From positions 6,305-70,304 of the IMG/VR virus record IMGVR_UViG_3300027896_005310: a stretch of DNA of 64,000 nt. One strand, written 5' to 3'. The notes under the pieces were generated by a model, which did not search any database, was not told the DNA's origin, and was given only the letters and a program-made list of their open reading frames with translations. A program made the translations under genes and the position numbers. Below are positions 38,670 to 49,180 of this stretch, in pieces (the first letter of the stretch is position 1; every line of letters begins with the position of its first letter). The stretch comes from a virus.

Positions 38670-39173
38670 TCACGATTCTTTTAATCTTTGTTCTGCTTCC
38701 TCTTCAAAACCTTCTAAATTTTTTTGGAGAGATTGAAAAAATAATTCTATTTGTTCGGTATTATAATTTAAATCCAAAAAAGTTTGTCGAATTTTAAGCA
38801 TTAAGTGACTAAAAATTATTTGCCATTGAGGAGATTTTAAATTAATAAAATCATTTAAAGCTATATTTCTTCTTTGTACAAGAGCATCCATCACCATTTT
38901 CAAAACTTGTGCTCTTCTTACCGAAATAGTGCCCGTAGATTGATCTCTTTCTTCTAATTTTATTCTTTCAAATTTAAGAGAAGCGGTTTCTTCTGCTAAC
39001 TCAATTAAAACAGTATTTACTAAATCATAAATATTCTCATCCCCAAGAAGACCTTTTATTAAAGCATCATTTCTTACGATATCTTCTTTTTTAGGAAGAG
39101 TTCTTAAAGTTTTAATTTCTGTAAGTTTTGAATTAGTAACTAAATCTTTCTGCAAAGATTGATCTTTGGTCAT
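38670..39173 (-). CDS. putative terminase small subunit
   Basis: helical 167 aa directly upstream of terL; assignment by position. Confidence 0.45.
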   Translation of the reverse strand: MTKDQSLQKDLVTNSKLTEIKTLRTLPKKEDIVRNDALIKGLLGDENIYDLVNTVLIELAEETASLKFERIKLEERDQSTGTISVRRAQVLKMVMDALVQRRNIALNDFINLKSPQWQIIFSHLMLKIRQTFLDLNYNTEQIELFFQSLQKNLEGFEEEAEQRLKES

Positions 39174-39205
39174 TAAATACTCCAGTCACTTTTAAATCTT
39201 CTCTT

Positions 39206-40990
39206 TTAATCAATTGAAAATTGATTTAATCCTGTAATCTCTAAATCTTTTTTCTTTTTATGAAATTCACCCACATCTAAAGTAGATGCTTGCAAATTCA
39301 TACTAGCTAACAAATTATCTGTAGGAGCAGATGAAGAATTAACTTTAGAATCTAAAATAACTTCAAAAGATTTTTTCATATCAATAGATATATCTTTTTG
39401 AGTAGTTACTATTTTTAAATTTTTAGGCATAAGCACAGGTACATCTAATTGATATTTCTTAATAAAATCTAAATTAGATAAAGCTTTTTTTATTTTTTCT
39501 AATAAAATTTCTTCACTCATTCCAATTTTCTTTCCCATATTCATTATACTAGAAATTTTGAAACCTTTATTCAAAGCATTAGCAATTTTATTAGAAGTTA
39601 ATATAATTTTTTCGGAAGATTTAGGAGTATAACTAGTATTGTCTAAACAAGAGGATAATTCATAACTTTCTACAATTTTTGAATTATTTGTAATTGTTAA
39701 CCCATTAGATAGAAAAGCTAATCGCAATCCCTGTATTTTATCCTTTTCAAAAATTGAAGATACTTTTTCTGCTATAACTTCAGGATATTTATTTAATTCT
39801 TTTACCCAAGCTTGAGCAGGAATACTATTCACATCAGGCACTATTGTTTTATTTAAATTTCGACAAAGTGTCCCCGACGGAGAATGATTTTCTCTACAAT
39901 TACAAAAAGGTTTTTGTGGAGAAACAACTATATACTTTACATCTGAAGCATTTTGTTTTACATAATCTTTAGCTGCAGCACAATTCTCTTGTGGAATTAA
40001 ATCTGATTCAATATATACTCTACCTAAAGATCCTTGCTTTAATAAAATATTATCAAAAGTTTTTTTATTTTTTTTAAATTCTTCTTCAGAATATCTTTCT
40101 CTTATATAACTTTTAATTATCTTGCCTGAATATCCCTTAATAAGGAGATTAGCTATATCTTTACTGATTTTATCAGTAGGAAAATTAGATAATTGCTTCT
40201 CTAAATCTTTATATTGTTCTTCAAATTCTTTCTTTTTGTCTTCTAAAGTTTTTTCTTCTGATTTTTCGATTGGTTTATTTTCAGCAATTTTTACTTTTAC
40301 TACAATCTTTTCTAAAAAAGCTTTTTTTAATTCTTCTTTAGAATTAATTACAATTTCTTTTCCTCGAAGATTACTTAAATGTTTAGCATAAAAGGATAAT
40401 AAATTTTCATCATATTCAATATCAGAAGCAATGGTTTTTTTATATACTTCGCAACGTTCTTTTTTGTTAAAAATACAATCAGAACAAGCAGATATTTCCT
40501 TTACGTATCTTGCAGTTTTATTTCTCTTGTCTGTAAAATTAGCTCCTTCTACACATTTAGAAAAAGGAGTAGGATCTACATAAATGTTCCCTAAAAGACC
40601 TTGTTCTTTGAGCAATTCTGTTATTTTCCCCATAGCAGCTTTAATAACTTTAAGATCAGCTCTAGAATAGATATCTTCTACTAATTCTTTCCCCGTTCTC
40701 CCAGACATCATTTGTTTTTTAATATGATCTAAAAGATCTTTTGTGTCGTTATTAGTTTTATCGGGTATTTTATTATTATAATTTAAATCCATATTAGGTG
40801 TTAAATTAGGATTATTATGTTTATCTTTTAGATGCTTCCATTGCTCTTCCAATTTAGGAATAGCAATATATTCAGGAATAGAATTAAAAGGTATATTTTT
40901 ATAATCTTTTGGATCTATATCTAACCAACTATAATCAGATATTTTTCCTGACTCATTTAAATACTTATCTAAATCGCCCATATTTGCCAT
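39206..40990 (-). CDS. hypothetical protein with duplicated Cys-containing domain
   Basis: EQGLLGNIYVD..C..C and KQGSLGRVYIE..C..C repeats. Confidence 0.65.
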   Translation of the reverse strand: MANMGDLDKYLNESGKISDYSWLDIDPKDYKNIPFNSIPEYIAIPKLEEQWKHLKDKHNNPNLTPNMDLNYNNKIPDKTNNDTKDLLDHIKKQMMSGRTGKELVEDIYSRADLKVIKAAMGKITELLKEQGLLGNIYVDPTPFSKCVEGANFTDKRNKTARYVKEISACSDCIFNKKERCEVYKKTIASDIEYDENLLSFYAKHLSNLRGKEIVINSKEELKKAFLEKIVVKVKIAENKPIEKSEEKTLEDKKKEFEEQYKDLEKQLSNFPTDKISKDIANLLIKGYSGKIIKSYIRERYSEEEFKKNKKTFDNILLKQGSLGRVYIESDLIPQENCAAAKDYVKQNASDVKYIVVSPQKPFCNCRENHSPSGTLCRNLNKTIVPDVNSIPAQAWVKELNKYPEVIAEKVSSIFEKDKIQGLRLAFLSNGLTITNNSKIVESYELSSCLDNTSYTPKSSEKIILTSNKIANALNKGFKISSIMNMGKKIGMSEEILLEKIKKALSNLDFIKKYQLDVPVLMPKNLKIVTTQKDISIDMKKSFEVILDSKVNSSSAPTDNLLASMNLQASTLDVGEFHKKKKDLEITGLNQFSID

Positions 40991-41019
40991 TTGATTTGCT
41001 CCTAAAATCCTTTAAAAAT

Positions 41020-41565
41020 TTACTCGCCTATTAATTCCCCATCAAAAAGTCTTTTAATGTAAGTATTATTATCAGCATCTTTAAATACTCTCCAAAGATC
41101 TTTTTTACTCCTATGTATAAGCGTATCCTCAGATAATCTCATAAAATCAGAAAGATCCATAGCTGAAGATATTTTTATAATCTCTTCTTTCGGAGATAAA
41201 AAATTATCTACCGCACTCGATTTTGAATGCCCTAAATCTGTTATCTCTGAAGAAGTCAATTGTAATAATACATTATCATTGGGTGTTCTAGTCATATTAG
41301 TTAAATCATTTTTGTAAGGAGATAAAAAATTACCGCCCGCCCACTCTGGATTCGACCATTCCCCCGGATAGACTAATTTATATCTCTCGTTAAAAGTTAA
41401 TTCTCCATGCGGAGAATCCAAAGTTTGCAAATCTGTGTACGACTGTTCTTGATCCGGGTAGTATTGTTGCTGTAAATCCGGGTACATGTTATAGTCTATC
41501 GGAGTTACATAATTAGACGTATACGCATTAATTATATTTTCAAGACGTTTCTTGCTGTTTTTCAT
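41020..41565 (-). CDS. hypothetical protein
   Basis: 181 aa with GAGG RBS; C-terminal DTLIHRSKKDLW..YIKRLFD. Confidence 0.6.
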   Translation of the reverse strand: MKNSKKRLENIINAYTSNYVTPIDYNMYPDLQQQYYPDQEQSYTDLQTLDSPHGELTFNERYKLVYPGEWSNPEWAGGNFLSPYKNDLTNMTRTPNDNVLLQLTSSEITDLGHSKSSAVDNFLSPKEEIIKISSAMDLSDFMRLSEDTLIHRSKKDLWRVFKDADNNTYIKRLFDGELIGE

Positions 41566-41612
41566 ATTTAAACCTCAGAAGAAGCGTAAATATTAATTAA
41601 TTATTTGAAATT

Positions 41613-42206
41613 TTAACAAACATCAATATAAGATAAATTTTTTGTGGCCCATTTTGGTAAACGGATCTCTCTGAGAATATTAAAATTATTTTGACTTATA
41701 AGTTTAAAAGCTTTATAATATTTTTTATATGAATAATTATCTTTTACTTTTTCTAAACATTCTAAATTTTTCATGAAGCGGTGTCTTATGCGACTTTGAG
41801 TCATATTTACTTGTTTTGCTACTTCACTTTGACAGGTAGTTTCATACAAGCCCCAAAGAATTTTTAAGTCCAAATCATTAAAAATAGTTTTTAGATCCAT
41901 TTTTAATTCTTCTTCAGTAAATTTGGGTACTTTTACTAAAAATTTCAATCGAGCTTTAGCTCTACTAATTCTATGTGAGACACCTCCTTGAGTAAGTCTT
42001 AAAATTTTAGCAATTTGTTTTTGTTCTTTTCTTAAAATGTAATACATTATGATAAGATCGTATTCTTTTTTAGGGAGCATTTCTAAGTATGGTTCTAAAT
42101 CTTTAAAAGTATATGGAAAACTATCCTCTAAATATCCCATTTTATTTTCATTCGAGAATCGATTTTCCAACTCGCTAGAATCTATACTTTTTATATAGAT
42201 CGACAT
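41613..42206 (-). CDS. sigma-factor-like protein with two region-4-like HTH units
   Basis: LPKKEYDLI..QKQIAKILRLTQGGVSHRISRA and QSEVAKQVNMTQSRIRHR. Confidence 0.65.
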   Translation of the reverse strand: MSIYIKSIDSSELENRFSNENKMGYLEDSFPYTFKDLEPYLEMLPKKEYDLIIMYYILRKEQKQIAKILRLTQGGVSHRISRAKARLKFLVKVPKFTEEELKMDLKTIFNDLDLKILWGLYETTCQSEVAKQVNMTQSRIRHRFMKNLECLEKVKDNYSYKKYYKAFKLISQNNFNILREIRLPKWATKNLSYIDVC

Positions 42207-42230
42207 GAATTACCCCCATTTGAAATTAGT

Positions 42231-42992
42231 TTAATTTTTAATTAAAAATACATAATGATTTGCTTCATTCAGTTTGGAAAATAATTGTTCTTTCTGTACT
42301 GCTCTAGTTAAACAAGTTGATAGTCGTAATTTTTCTTTTTCTTCTAATGTCAAATGGTGGATAATCTCTTTTCTAGTCAAACCTTTTGAAAATTCTCTCA
42401 ATAACTCAAGCACCTTCTCTTGTAAAGAGTCTTTATTTTTTTCCTCTTTGCTTAAATTCTTTAAATTCACAATTGGAATTCTTGGAACAATTATATTCAT
42501 ACATTTTAACTCAATAGCTAAATCTGCTTCTTTTTCTTTCTTATAATACTCCGATACAGTAGCTTCTAAATTTCTATACTTTCCATCTAAAATTTTTACT
42601 TTATCTCCTATTTTTATTAAAGGTCTTATTAAACGGGTCATTTGCCTTTTCATTTTTTTTATTTGTTCTTCAGGAAGTAAATGCATTTTTTTATTAACTA
42701 CTAAAGGACCAATGAAATAAGGACTTTGTGTCAGACGACTATAAGCATTTAGATTACTTTCTATATATTCTATAAAAATATATCCCTTAAAAAGGAAAAT
42801 TTTGTTATCATAGTTTTTAGTTTTGTCATAATAAAGAGGCAAAAAATAAGTGGGTCCTACTAATCTTTTAAGAAGATTTTCAATAATAAAAGGTTCTTCT
42901 TCTAAAATGATCTCTCCTTTTTCACTCAATTGCATTATTATCCAATTCTTAGTAGTATTATTATTATGTGTGAAATTTGAAGTCATATTCAA
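42231..42992 (-). CDS. nusG: NusG-like transcription factor with C-terminal winged HTH
   Basis: NGN LFKGYIFIE; KOW IKIGDKVKILDGKYRNLEATV; extra GLTRKEI HTH. Confidence 0.7.
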   Translation of the reverse strand: MNMTSNFTHNNNTTKNWIIMQLSEKGEIILEEEPFIIENLLKRLVGPTYFLPLYYDKTKNYDNKIFLFKGYIFIEYIESNLNAYSRLTQSPYFIGPLVVNKKMHLLPEEQIKKMKRQMTRLIRPLIKIGDKVKILDGKYRNLEATVSEYYKKEKEADLAIELKCMNIIVPRIPIVNLKNLSKEEKNKDSLQEKVLELLREFSKGLTRKEIIHHLTLEEKEKLRLSTCLTRAVQKEQLFSKLNEANHYVFLIKN

Positions 42993-44329
42993 GATGTTGA
43001 CCTTTTTGAATTAATAAAAGTTTTTATATCTTTTTTAGACAAATTTGATTTAAAATCTTTTGTCTTTTTTAATTCTACAGTCGAAAGTGAATTTACTGAA
43101 TTGGAATTTTTGCTTCTCTCCATCATCATTGCTAGAGATTCAGAATAAGATTTATATCTATTTAAAATAGCAGATGTTTTTTCTATATTTTCAGGTTCCT
43201 CCTTTTTATTTATTTGTTTATTTTCAATTTTAGGCAAAGCAATTATAGGCATCTCTTTAAATTGTATGCAACATCCATTCAATTTTTTATGCAAAATCAT
43301 TAAATCTGCTTCTAAATTTAATGCATCAGCAGAATGAGTATAATTCAAAATATCATCTAATATTTTTGAAATCTCTTCCCCGTAATAATTTTGTAATTGC
43401 TTACCTAAATTTAATTCTTCTGGATTATTAAAAGTATCTACCCCAAAATTTAATTTATAAATTTTTATAAGAGTTTCTACTAATCCCTTGTAAATATCAG
43501 GAATACTTCTTTTTAAAATTAAATTATAGAGAATATTAGACATCTCCAAAAAATTATCTTTTAAATGTAATAGTATTTTCAGATACTCTATTTGGGTAGA
43601 CAAATTAAAATAATTAGAAACGACAGAATCAGTAATTTCCCCAAAATTAGATAAATAGTCTAAATGTTTCAAAGCATCTCGAACATGGGGAGCATCTATA
43701 GAAGCTATAGTTTTTAAAGAATTTTCTGTATAGAGTATATTTTCTTTTTGACAAACTAATTTTAATCTATTAAAAATAGATTCTTTAGAAATTTGATTTA
43801 AATTGAATTCGAAGCATCTTGATCTTACAGCTTCATTCATATTTTCGGGAGCAGTAGTACAAAAAATATAAATTTGATTATCTATATTGTCCTCCAACTG
43901 CTTTAAAAGAGCTTCATTACCCATTCTACTAATAGAATGACACTCATCAATAACTAAGACTCTATTTTTATACCCGCCCAGAACTCTAAAATTAGCATCA
44001 TTTCGCAGTTTTCTTATATCCTCTACTCCGCCATTACTAGCAGCATCGATCTCTGTATAAGCAGGATTAGACCCTTCTAGGAAGGTTCTACAACTAGTAC
44101 ACTCATTACAAGGTTCTATATCTGGAGTCAAATGCTCACATAATATAGCTCGTCCAAAAATTCTAGCTAAAGAAGTCTTCCCCGTTCCAAAACATCCCCC
44201 AAACATAAAAGGCATTGAAAATTTATTCGCTTTCAACAAACCTTTTAAAACTCTTATAATCCCTTCTTGATCTAAAATGTCTTTAAAAATTAATGGACGA
44301 TATTTCTGAGTAAGTGCGTAAATCCCCAT
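42989..44329 (-). CDS. dnaX: DNA polymerase III gamma/tau clamp-loader subunit
   Basis: KYRP, GTGKTS, PCNECTSC, EIDAASNGGVEDIR, IDECH, SRC. Confidence 0.92.
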   Translation of the reverse strand: MGIYALTQKYRPLIFKDILDQEGIIRVLKGLLKANKFSMPFMFGGCFGTGKTSLARIFGRAILCEHLTPDIEPCNECTSCRTFLEGSNPAYTEIDAASNGGVEDIRKLRNDANFRVLGGYKNRVLVIDECHSISRMGNEALLKQLEDNIDNQIYIFCTTAPENMNEAVRSRCFEFNLNQISKESIFNRLKLVCQKENILYTENSLKTIASIDAPHVRDALKHLDYLSNFGEITDSVVSNYFNLSTQIEYLKILLHLKDNFLEMSNILYNLILKRSIPDIYKGLVETLIKIYKLNFGVDTFNNPEELNLGKQLQNYYGEEISKILDDILNYTHSADALNLEADLMILHKKLNGCCIQFKEMPIIALPKIENKQINKKEEPENIEKTSAILNRYKSYSESLAMMMERSKNSNSVNSLSTVELKKTKDFKSNLSKKDIKTFINSKRSTS

Positions 44330-44350
44330 TTTCAGTCCTAAATTAATAGA

Positions 44351-45442
44351 TTATCTCGTAGAAAGTACGTAACGATAATTTTCTTTATCAAAAATTAAGC
44401 ATTTGTTTTCAATGACTTTAAAATTTACTATAGAAGCAGATTCTGTGGAAAGATAATCTAAAATAAAATCAATATTACAATCAAAAGTAGCGTTTATTTC
44501 AGATTGTATATTTAAAGATTCTTTACCTTTATTTAAATTATTTAAAGTAGATAAATTCATTTTATTATTATTTATGCTTATAGATCCCACTCTTTTTATT
44601 TTATCAGAGATGAGTTTAATTCTTTTTAAAGAATCAATAAAATTATTTTTGTCTACAGTTATTGTTTTAACATTATCAAAAGAATCTTTCAGGTAAGCAT
44701 AAATATCAGGATATTTAGCATTAGTTAAATTAGTTTGAAAAATTAAGTTGCCTCCAAAATCTATTTCTGGTTTGAAATAAATTTTATAAGAATTTTCGTT
44801 ATAAAGTAAGGTGGAGGGTTCTAATTTAATTAATTCTAATACCGAACTTTTAGGAATAATAAATTGTAAAGAATCCTCTGTCTCAATTTTAGCACTAACA
44901 CAACTTAATCTAATCCTATCAGTAGCAACTAATCTTAATCCTGCATAAGAATTTTTATTTATATCCATACAAAGACTGTTCAAATCCATCATCTTTAAAT
45001 CATCAGATATTGAAAAAGCTACATTTTTTAACAATGTAGAAAAATTAGAAGGTAGTTTAATTTCTTTTAAATTTTCGGGGATCTCTATTTTAGGATAATC
45101 AGATACTCTACCCGAAACAGTTTCCCATTCATAATTATCTGAAATTAATTTTATTTCTAATGTACTAGGATTAAAATCTAAAGTGATCTCTTCTTTATCT
45201 AAAGATCCTATTAATCCTAATAGAATCAAACCCGGCAAAGTAAAGGAAAAATCTTCTTCATTCTCTATATTATCAGTCCAAATCGTAGCTATCTGTGCGT
45301 TAGTGGACTTAATAGTAAGCATTTTATTTTTTATTTCAAATAAGAAATGGTCTAATAAAATATTTATTTTAGAATCCCCTAACCCAATTCGCATCAAAGT
45401 CAAAATTCTCTTTAATTTAACTCTATCTAATTTTAATTGCAT
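44351..45442 (-). CDS. dnaN: sliding clamp, DNA polymerase III beta
   Basis: 363 aa; DYPKI, LVATDRIRL, FIIPK, KYPD; adjacent to dnaX. Confidence 0.82.
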   Translation of the reverse strand: MQLKLDRVKLKRILTLMRIGLGDSKINILLDHFLFEIKNKMLTIKSTNAQIATIWTDNIENEEDFSFTLPGLILLGLIGSLDKEEITLDFNPSTLEIKLISDNYEWETVSGRVSDYPKIEIPENLKEIKLPSNFSTLLKNVAFSISDDLKMMDLNSLCMDINKNSYAGLRLVATDRIRLSCVSAKIETEDSLQFIIPKSSVLELIKLEPSTLLYNENSYKIYFKPEIDFGGNLIFQTNLTNAKYPDIYAYLKDSFDNVKTITVDKNNFIDSLKRIKLISDKIKRVGSISINNNKMNLSTLNNLNKGKESLNIQSEINATFDCNIDFILDYLSTESASIVNFKVIENKCLIFDKENYRYVLSTR

Positions 45443-45445
45443 CCC

Positions 45446-45565
45446 TTATCTCCCCCATTTTCTTTTCTCGCTCCACATATTAAGCAAAATTAAAAGCACT
45501 ATAATTAAAAATAATACAAAAAAAATGCCCAAAGAAATACCTAAAGTCTCCATTAAATAAATCAT
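45446..45565 (-). CDS. small single-pass membrane peptide
   Basis: (MIYL)METLGISLGIFFVLFLIIVLLILLNMWSEKRKWGR fills the intergenic gap. Confidence 0.4.
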   Translation of the reverse strand: MIYLMETLGISLGIFFVLFLIIVLLILLNMWSEKRKWGR

Positions 45566-45587
45566 AAAAATTTTAAAAAAACCTAAT

Positions 45588-46508
45588 TCACTCATTAATA
45601 CCTCCTAAAAAATCTGTAACAAAAGTTTTTATCTTTTCTTGTATTTGTTGTATCCGATCCAAATTATCTAATATAGCTGTTTCCACAGATTCATGTTTAA
45701 TTTTTTCAACCAATTTAACTGTCAAAATCAAATTTTTACTATTAAAACTAATTCTATAAGCATCTTCATCAATAAGCATAGTAGTACTTAATTTTTTAAA
45801 TGATTTACTATTTTTTATAGATTCTATCTCTGATAAATAAAGCTCCAAAGTAGGTCCATTAAATTTAAAAAGAGTCTTATCCCCTGTATCTAATATTATA
45901 TCATCATCAATTTCAAAATCTTTCTCTTTTTTCTCTAGTTTTTTCCATAACCACTCTAAAAAATTTTCTAATTGATCTTCCTCTAATCCCATATTAAATA
46001 AGGTAAGAGGAATATTATCAAAAGCATCAGAAAACAAAGCTAAAAAATTATCTATCACCTTAATATTTTTTGTATCTAAATATAACTTATAGTTAGATAA
46101 ATCCCAAATCCAAGAAATTAAATTAGGTTTGGGGAAAGCTTTCATAATTAATTGAGCTTTACACTCTTCTTTTAAGATTTTTTTGTCCACTTTATTTAAT
46201 TTTTCACCCTGACTCTTTTTTTCTCTTAATTTTTCTAGATATAATTTTTTTACTAGTACATTAGGCACCATTTTTTTATCGTAACGATATCCCCCGTAGA
46301 TACATTTGTCTCCTATTGAATCTGCAAATTCAAAATTAGTTTTAAATATATCTTTTATGTCTATAAAACCGTGCCCGAACTCTTGTGCTGGGGTGAGTTC
46401 TCTAAATCTATTTTCAACCAACTTTTGATAAATATCTTTAGCTGTAATATTAACATCTTCAGACATCTCCAATATACAAACATTAAATGTACTTTTTAAA
46501 TAAGACAT
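45588..46508 (-). CDS. RdgC-like recombination-associated protein
   Basis: FRELT..GF..YRYDKKMVP..KEECKAQLIMKAFP resembles the RdgC N-terminus. Confidence 0.55.
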   Translation of the reverse strand: MSYLKSTFNVCILEMSEDVNITAKDIYQKLVENRFRELTPAQEFGHGFIDIKDIFKTNFEFADSIGDKCIYGGYRYDKKMVPNVLVKKLYLEKLREKKSQGEKLNKVDKKILKEECKAQLIMKAFPKPNLISWIWDLSNYKLYLDTKNIKVIDNFLALFSDAFDNIPLTLFNMGLEEDQLENFLEWLWKKLEKKEKDFEIDDDIILDTGDKTLFKFNGPTLELYLSEIESIKNSKSFKKLSTTMLIDEDAYRISFNSKNLILTVKLVEKIKHESVETAILDNLDRIQQIQEKIKTFVTDFLGGINE

Positions 46509-46522
46509 AATCCTCTCCTCGT

Positions 46523-47311
46523 TTAAAAAAATCTTGTAATCTTATCTTCTATAATTAATTTTAATTCCTTCACTCCATTTTTTAAAATGGTCTCATTAAT
46601 ATCTTTATTCTTTAAAGGAATCGAATATAAATTTAAATCTTTACCTAAAAAATTTTTAATTTTTTCTATAGATTCTTGTCCTTTTTCATCCATATCAAAA
46701 ATTAAAATTACTTTTTTTGCATATCTTCTTAACCACATTGCTTGTAATTTATTTAAATTAGCAGTTAAAGAAGAAATACAATTGGGATATATCTTCAACA
46801 AAGATAAACAATCAAATATTCCCTCAGTTAAAAATATCGTTTTTTCTTTCCAAATATCTTCTAATGTATAAGGCACCCCAAAAAAACATGCAGAATATTT
46901 ACTTCTATTCAAATAAAATTTCTTATATCTAATCTCATTAGAGAACAAATTAGAATCTTTAAGAAGGTGTATATATTGGGGTAGTAGAACACTCATAGAT
47001 TTTTGATCCAATGCCCTAGTCTCAATACCCTTTATACTTTCTAATTCATCGTAAATAGGAAAAATTATTCTTTGCGCTACAAATTTGCCTTTATACCCCA
47101 ACCATTTATTAAAATTTTCCTCATCTTCATTTTGGGGAGATTTCAAATTATCAAAGCTAGTACCTAAATATCCTATTTGATATTTTTTAATTTCATCAAA
47201 AGATATCCCTCTAGATACTAAATATGCTAACGCTAAGCGAGAGTTTTTTTGTAGTAAATTAGAATGACATTTCTTGACCACTTCATTCAAGAATAAAGAT
47301 TCCTCACCCAT
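46523..47311 (-). CDS. DnaG-type primase catalytic core without zinc-binding domain
   Basis: ALAYLVSRGI..IGY, RIIFPI, TEGIFD, FDMDEKG, KDINE. Confidence 0.8.
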   Translation of the reverse strand: MGEESLFLNEVVKKCHSNLLQKNSRLALAYLVSRGISFDEIKKYQIGYLGTSFDNLKSPQNEDEENFNKWLGYKGKFVAQRIIFPIYDELESIKGIETRALDQKSMSVLLPQYIHLLKDSNLFSNEIRYKKFYLNRSKYSACFFGVPYTLEDIWKEKTIFLTEGIFDCLSLLKIYPNCISSLTANLNKLQAMWLRRYAKKVILIFDMDEKGQESIEKIKNFLGKDLNLYSIPLKNKDINETILKNGVKELKLIIEDKITRFF

Positions 47312-47367
47312 TAGTTTAAGATACTATATAGATTTTAAAAATACAATAAAAAATTCATATGAATTTT

Positions 47368-47664
47368 TCAAACGATGTCTTGGATAATAGTATCATATCC
47401 TTTGCGAGACAATTCGACTATAAGTTGAGTTTTTAACTCCCTTATTAATAATTTATAAACCTCGCCATTCATGATCTCTTTAATCAACCAATTATTTAGA
47501 TAATCTAATATGCTATTAACAATATCATTTTCTTCTTTTGTGCATTCCTCTAAAGCTTGATAAGTACCTCTTTTCTTTTTTTTAACTAAAACTCCAGTCA
47601 TTCTTTCTTTTAATTGATATTTAGATGCTTCATTTTTTACTATGTTTTCTAATATAATTCTCAT
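47368..47664 (-). CDS. hypothetical protein
   Basis: 98 aa with ATGA overlap. Confidence 0.55.
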   Translation of the reverse strand: MRIILENIVKNEASKYQLKERMTGVLVKKKKRGTYQALEECTKEENDIVNSILDYLNNWLIKEIMNGEVYKLLIRELKTQLIVELSRKGYDTIIQDIV

Positions 47665-48185
47665 TTCTTTTTCATCCCCCGTTCCTTACATCCCTCACTA
47701 CAATATTTTGCCCAGCGTCCCTTATGTGCAAAAAAACTATTGCAAATAGGACATCTTTTAATTATATTCACTCCAAAATAATTAAAGGTCATAATAAAAT
47801 TATAACAGACAATAGATTCAAACCATCGTCCTTCAGAATTTTTTATTTTTATTTTTCTTATTTCTTCTTTAGCTAAATATGTCACACTTTCTTCTACATA
47901 TTTAAAAGCATTATTTAACCATATTAAAAATTCTTCACTTATATTTTGAAAAGCAATTGTTTTAATAACATATTCTTTAAAATTTTTTTGAAAATCTGTA
48001 AGAGAATTTAAATAAAAATCATCTAAATTTTTAATTTTTTCTTTTACAATTTGTCTACTAAAAATATCATCCTCAAATAAATTTTCCATCCAAAACTCAA
48101 TGCTATATTTATCTCCCTTCCAATTTAAAAATTTTATAAATAAGGGATTATAATTAAGCTTGTTGGTCTTTATTTTTGGTTTCAT
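47661..48185 (-). CDS. protein with C-terminal CGNR-like zinc finger
   Basis: [19 protein letters not shown]. Confidence 0.55.
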   Translation of the reverse strand: MKPKIKTNKLNYNPLFIKFLNWKGDKYSIEFWMENLFEDDIFSRQIVKEKIKNLDDFYLNSLTDFQKNFKEYVIKTIAFQNISEEFLIWLNNAFKYVEESVTYLAKEEIRKIKIKNSEGRWFESIVCYNFIMTFNYFGVNIIKRCPICNSFFAHKGRWAKYCSEGCKERGMKKK

Positions 48186-48966
48186 TTAAGATAGTCTCTA
48201 GCATTCGTTTATGTTCGGGGGTTAAATTTTCGGGCAGATATAATTTAAATTTGACAATATGATCTCCCCCCAATCCTCCATCTTTTAAAATATAATTAAA
48301 ATTCTCAACTTGATTAGGAGATATCTCTAGGTCTATTATGCCTTGAGGTGTTTTTACGGGGATAATCCCTCCCATAATTCCTTGAAATACATTTAATTGT
48401 TCTTCTGATTCTATAATTTTACCTTTTACTTTAAAAACATTATCTAAAAGAATATTTATTTTTATAACTAAATCAATATTTTCATAAAAATCTTTATAAA
48501 AAAACATTTGATTTTGATATATTTTTTCAGGAAAAGTAAAAATTTCTTTTTTATTTTTCTTTATAAAACCTACCCCGTTACATATTCTGCATTCTTTTCG
48601 AGTTATAATGCTACAATTTGTACAGGGAACATCTAAAAAAATATTTAAAGTTTTTTTAAAACCATAAAAAGCTTCTTCAAAAGATATATCTAAATTTAAA
48701 AATTGTTTAGCTTTTACTTTTTTATTGGAACGAAATATTTCTGAAAACATTTCAGAAAATAAATTATTGAGATATTCCTTTCCAGTATTAGGTTCGTGGT
48801 TTTTAGAAAGAAAATCGTAAGCTTCATTAATTAATTTGAAATATTCTTCTTCCCCAGGATTTATATCAGGATGAAATTGTAAAGCTAATTTTTTATATGC
48901 TTTTTTAATATCTTCTAAGGAAGAACTGGGAGTTACATTTAAAATTTTATAATAATCATTAATCAT
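48154..48966 (-). CDS. dnaJ: DnaJ-like co-chaperone
   Basis: [22 protein letters not shown]-domain; shortened zinc finger; DnaJ C-terminal domain. Confidence 0.85.
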   Translation of the reverse strand: MINDYYKILNVTPSSSLEDIKKAYKKLALQFHPDINPGEEEYFKLINEAYDFLSKNHEPNTGKEYLNNLFSEMFSEIFRSNKKVKAKQFLNLDISFEEAFYGFKKTLNIFLDVPCTNCSIITRKECRICNGVGFIKKNKKEIFTFPEKIYQNQMFFYKDFYENIDLVIKINILLDNVFKVKGKIIESEEQLNVFQGIMGGIIPVKTPQGIIDLEISPNQVENFNYILKDGGLGGDHIVKFKLYLPENLTPEHKRMLETILNETKNKDQQA

Positions 48967-49178
48967 CAGTCACATTCTAAATCTCTTAAAAATTTCTCTT
49001 TATTAAATTTTCCTTCTTTCCATCTTTCAGAATTTATATAGATACGACATATGTGCCCTGCTGGGACTTTATAATAAAAATAGTCGCCTTGTTGTCCTAC
49101 TAATTCATAGCCCATATAGTCACAAAAATCTTTTCTATATCCCGTAACGGGAATGGAAGCAAATCTTCGGGTTTCCAT
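48966..49178 (-). CDS. hypothetical protein
   Basis: 70-aa ORF coupled to both neighbours. Confidence 0.55.
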   Translation of the reverse strand: METRRFASIPVTGYRKDFCDYMGYELVGQQGDYFYYKVPAGHICRIYINSERWKEGKFNKEKFLRDLECD

Positions 49179-49180
49179 TG

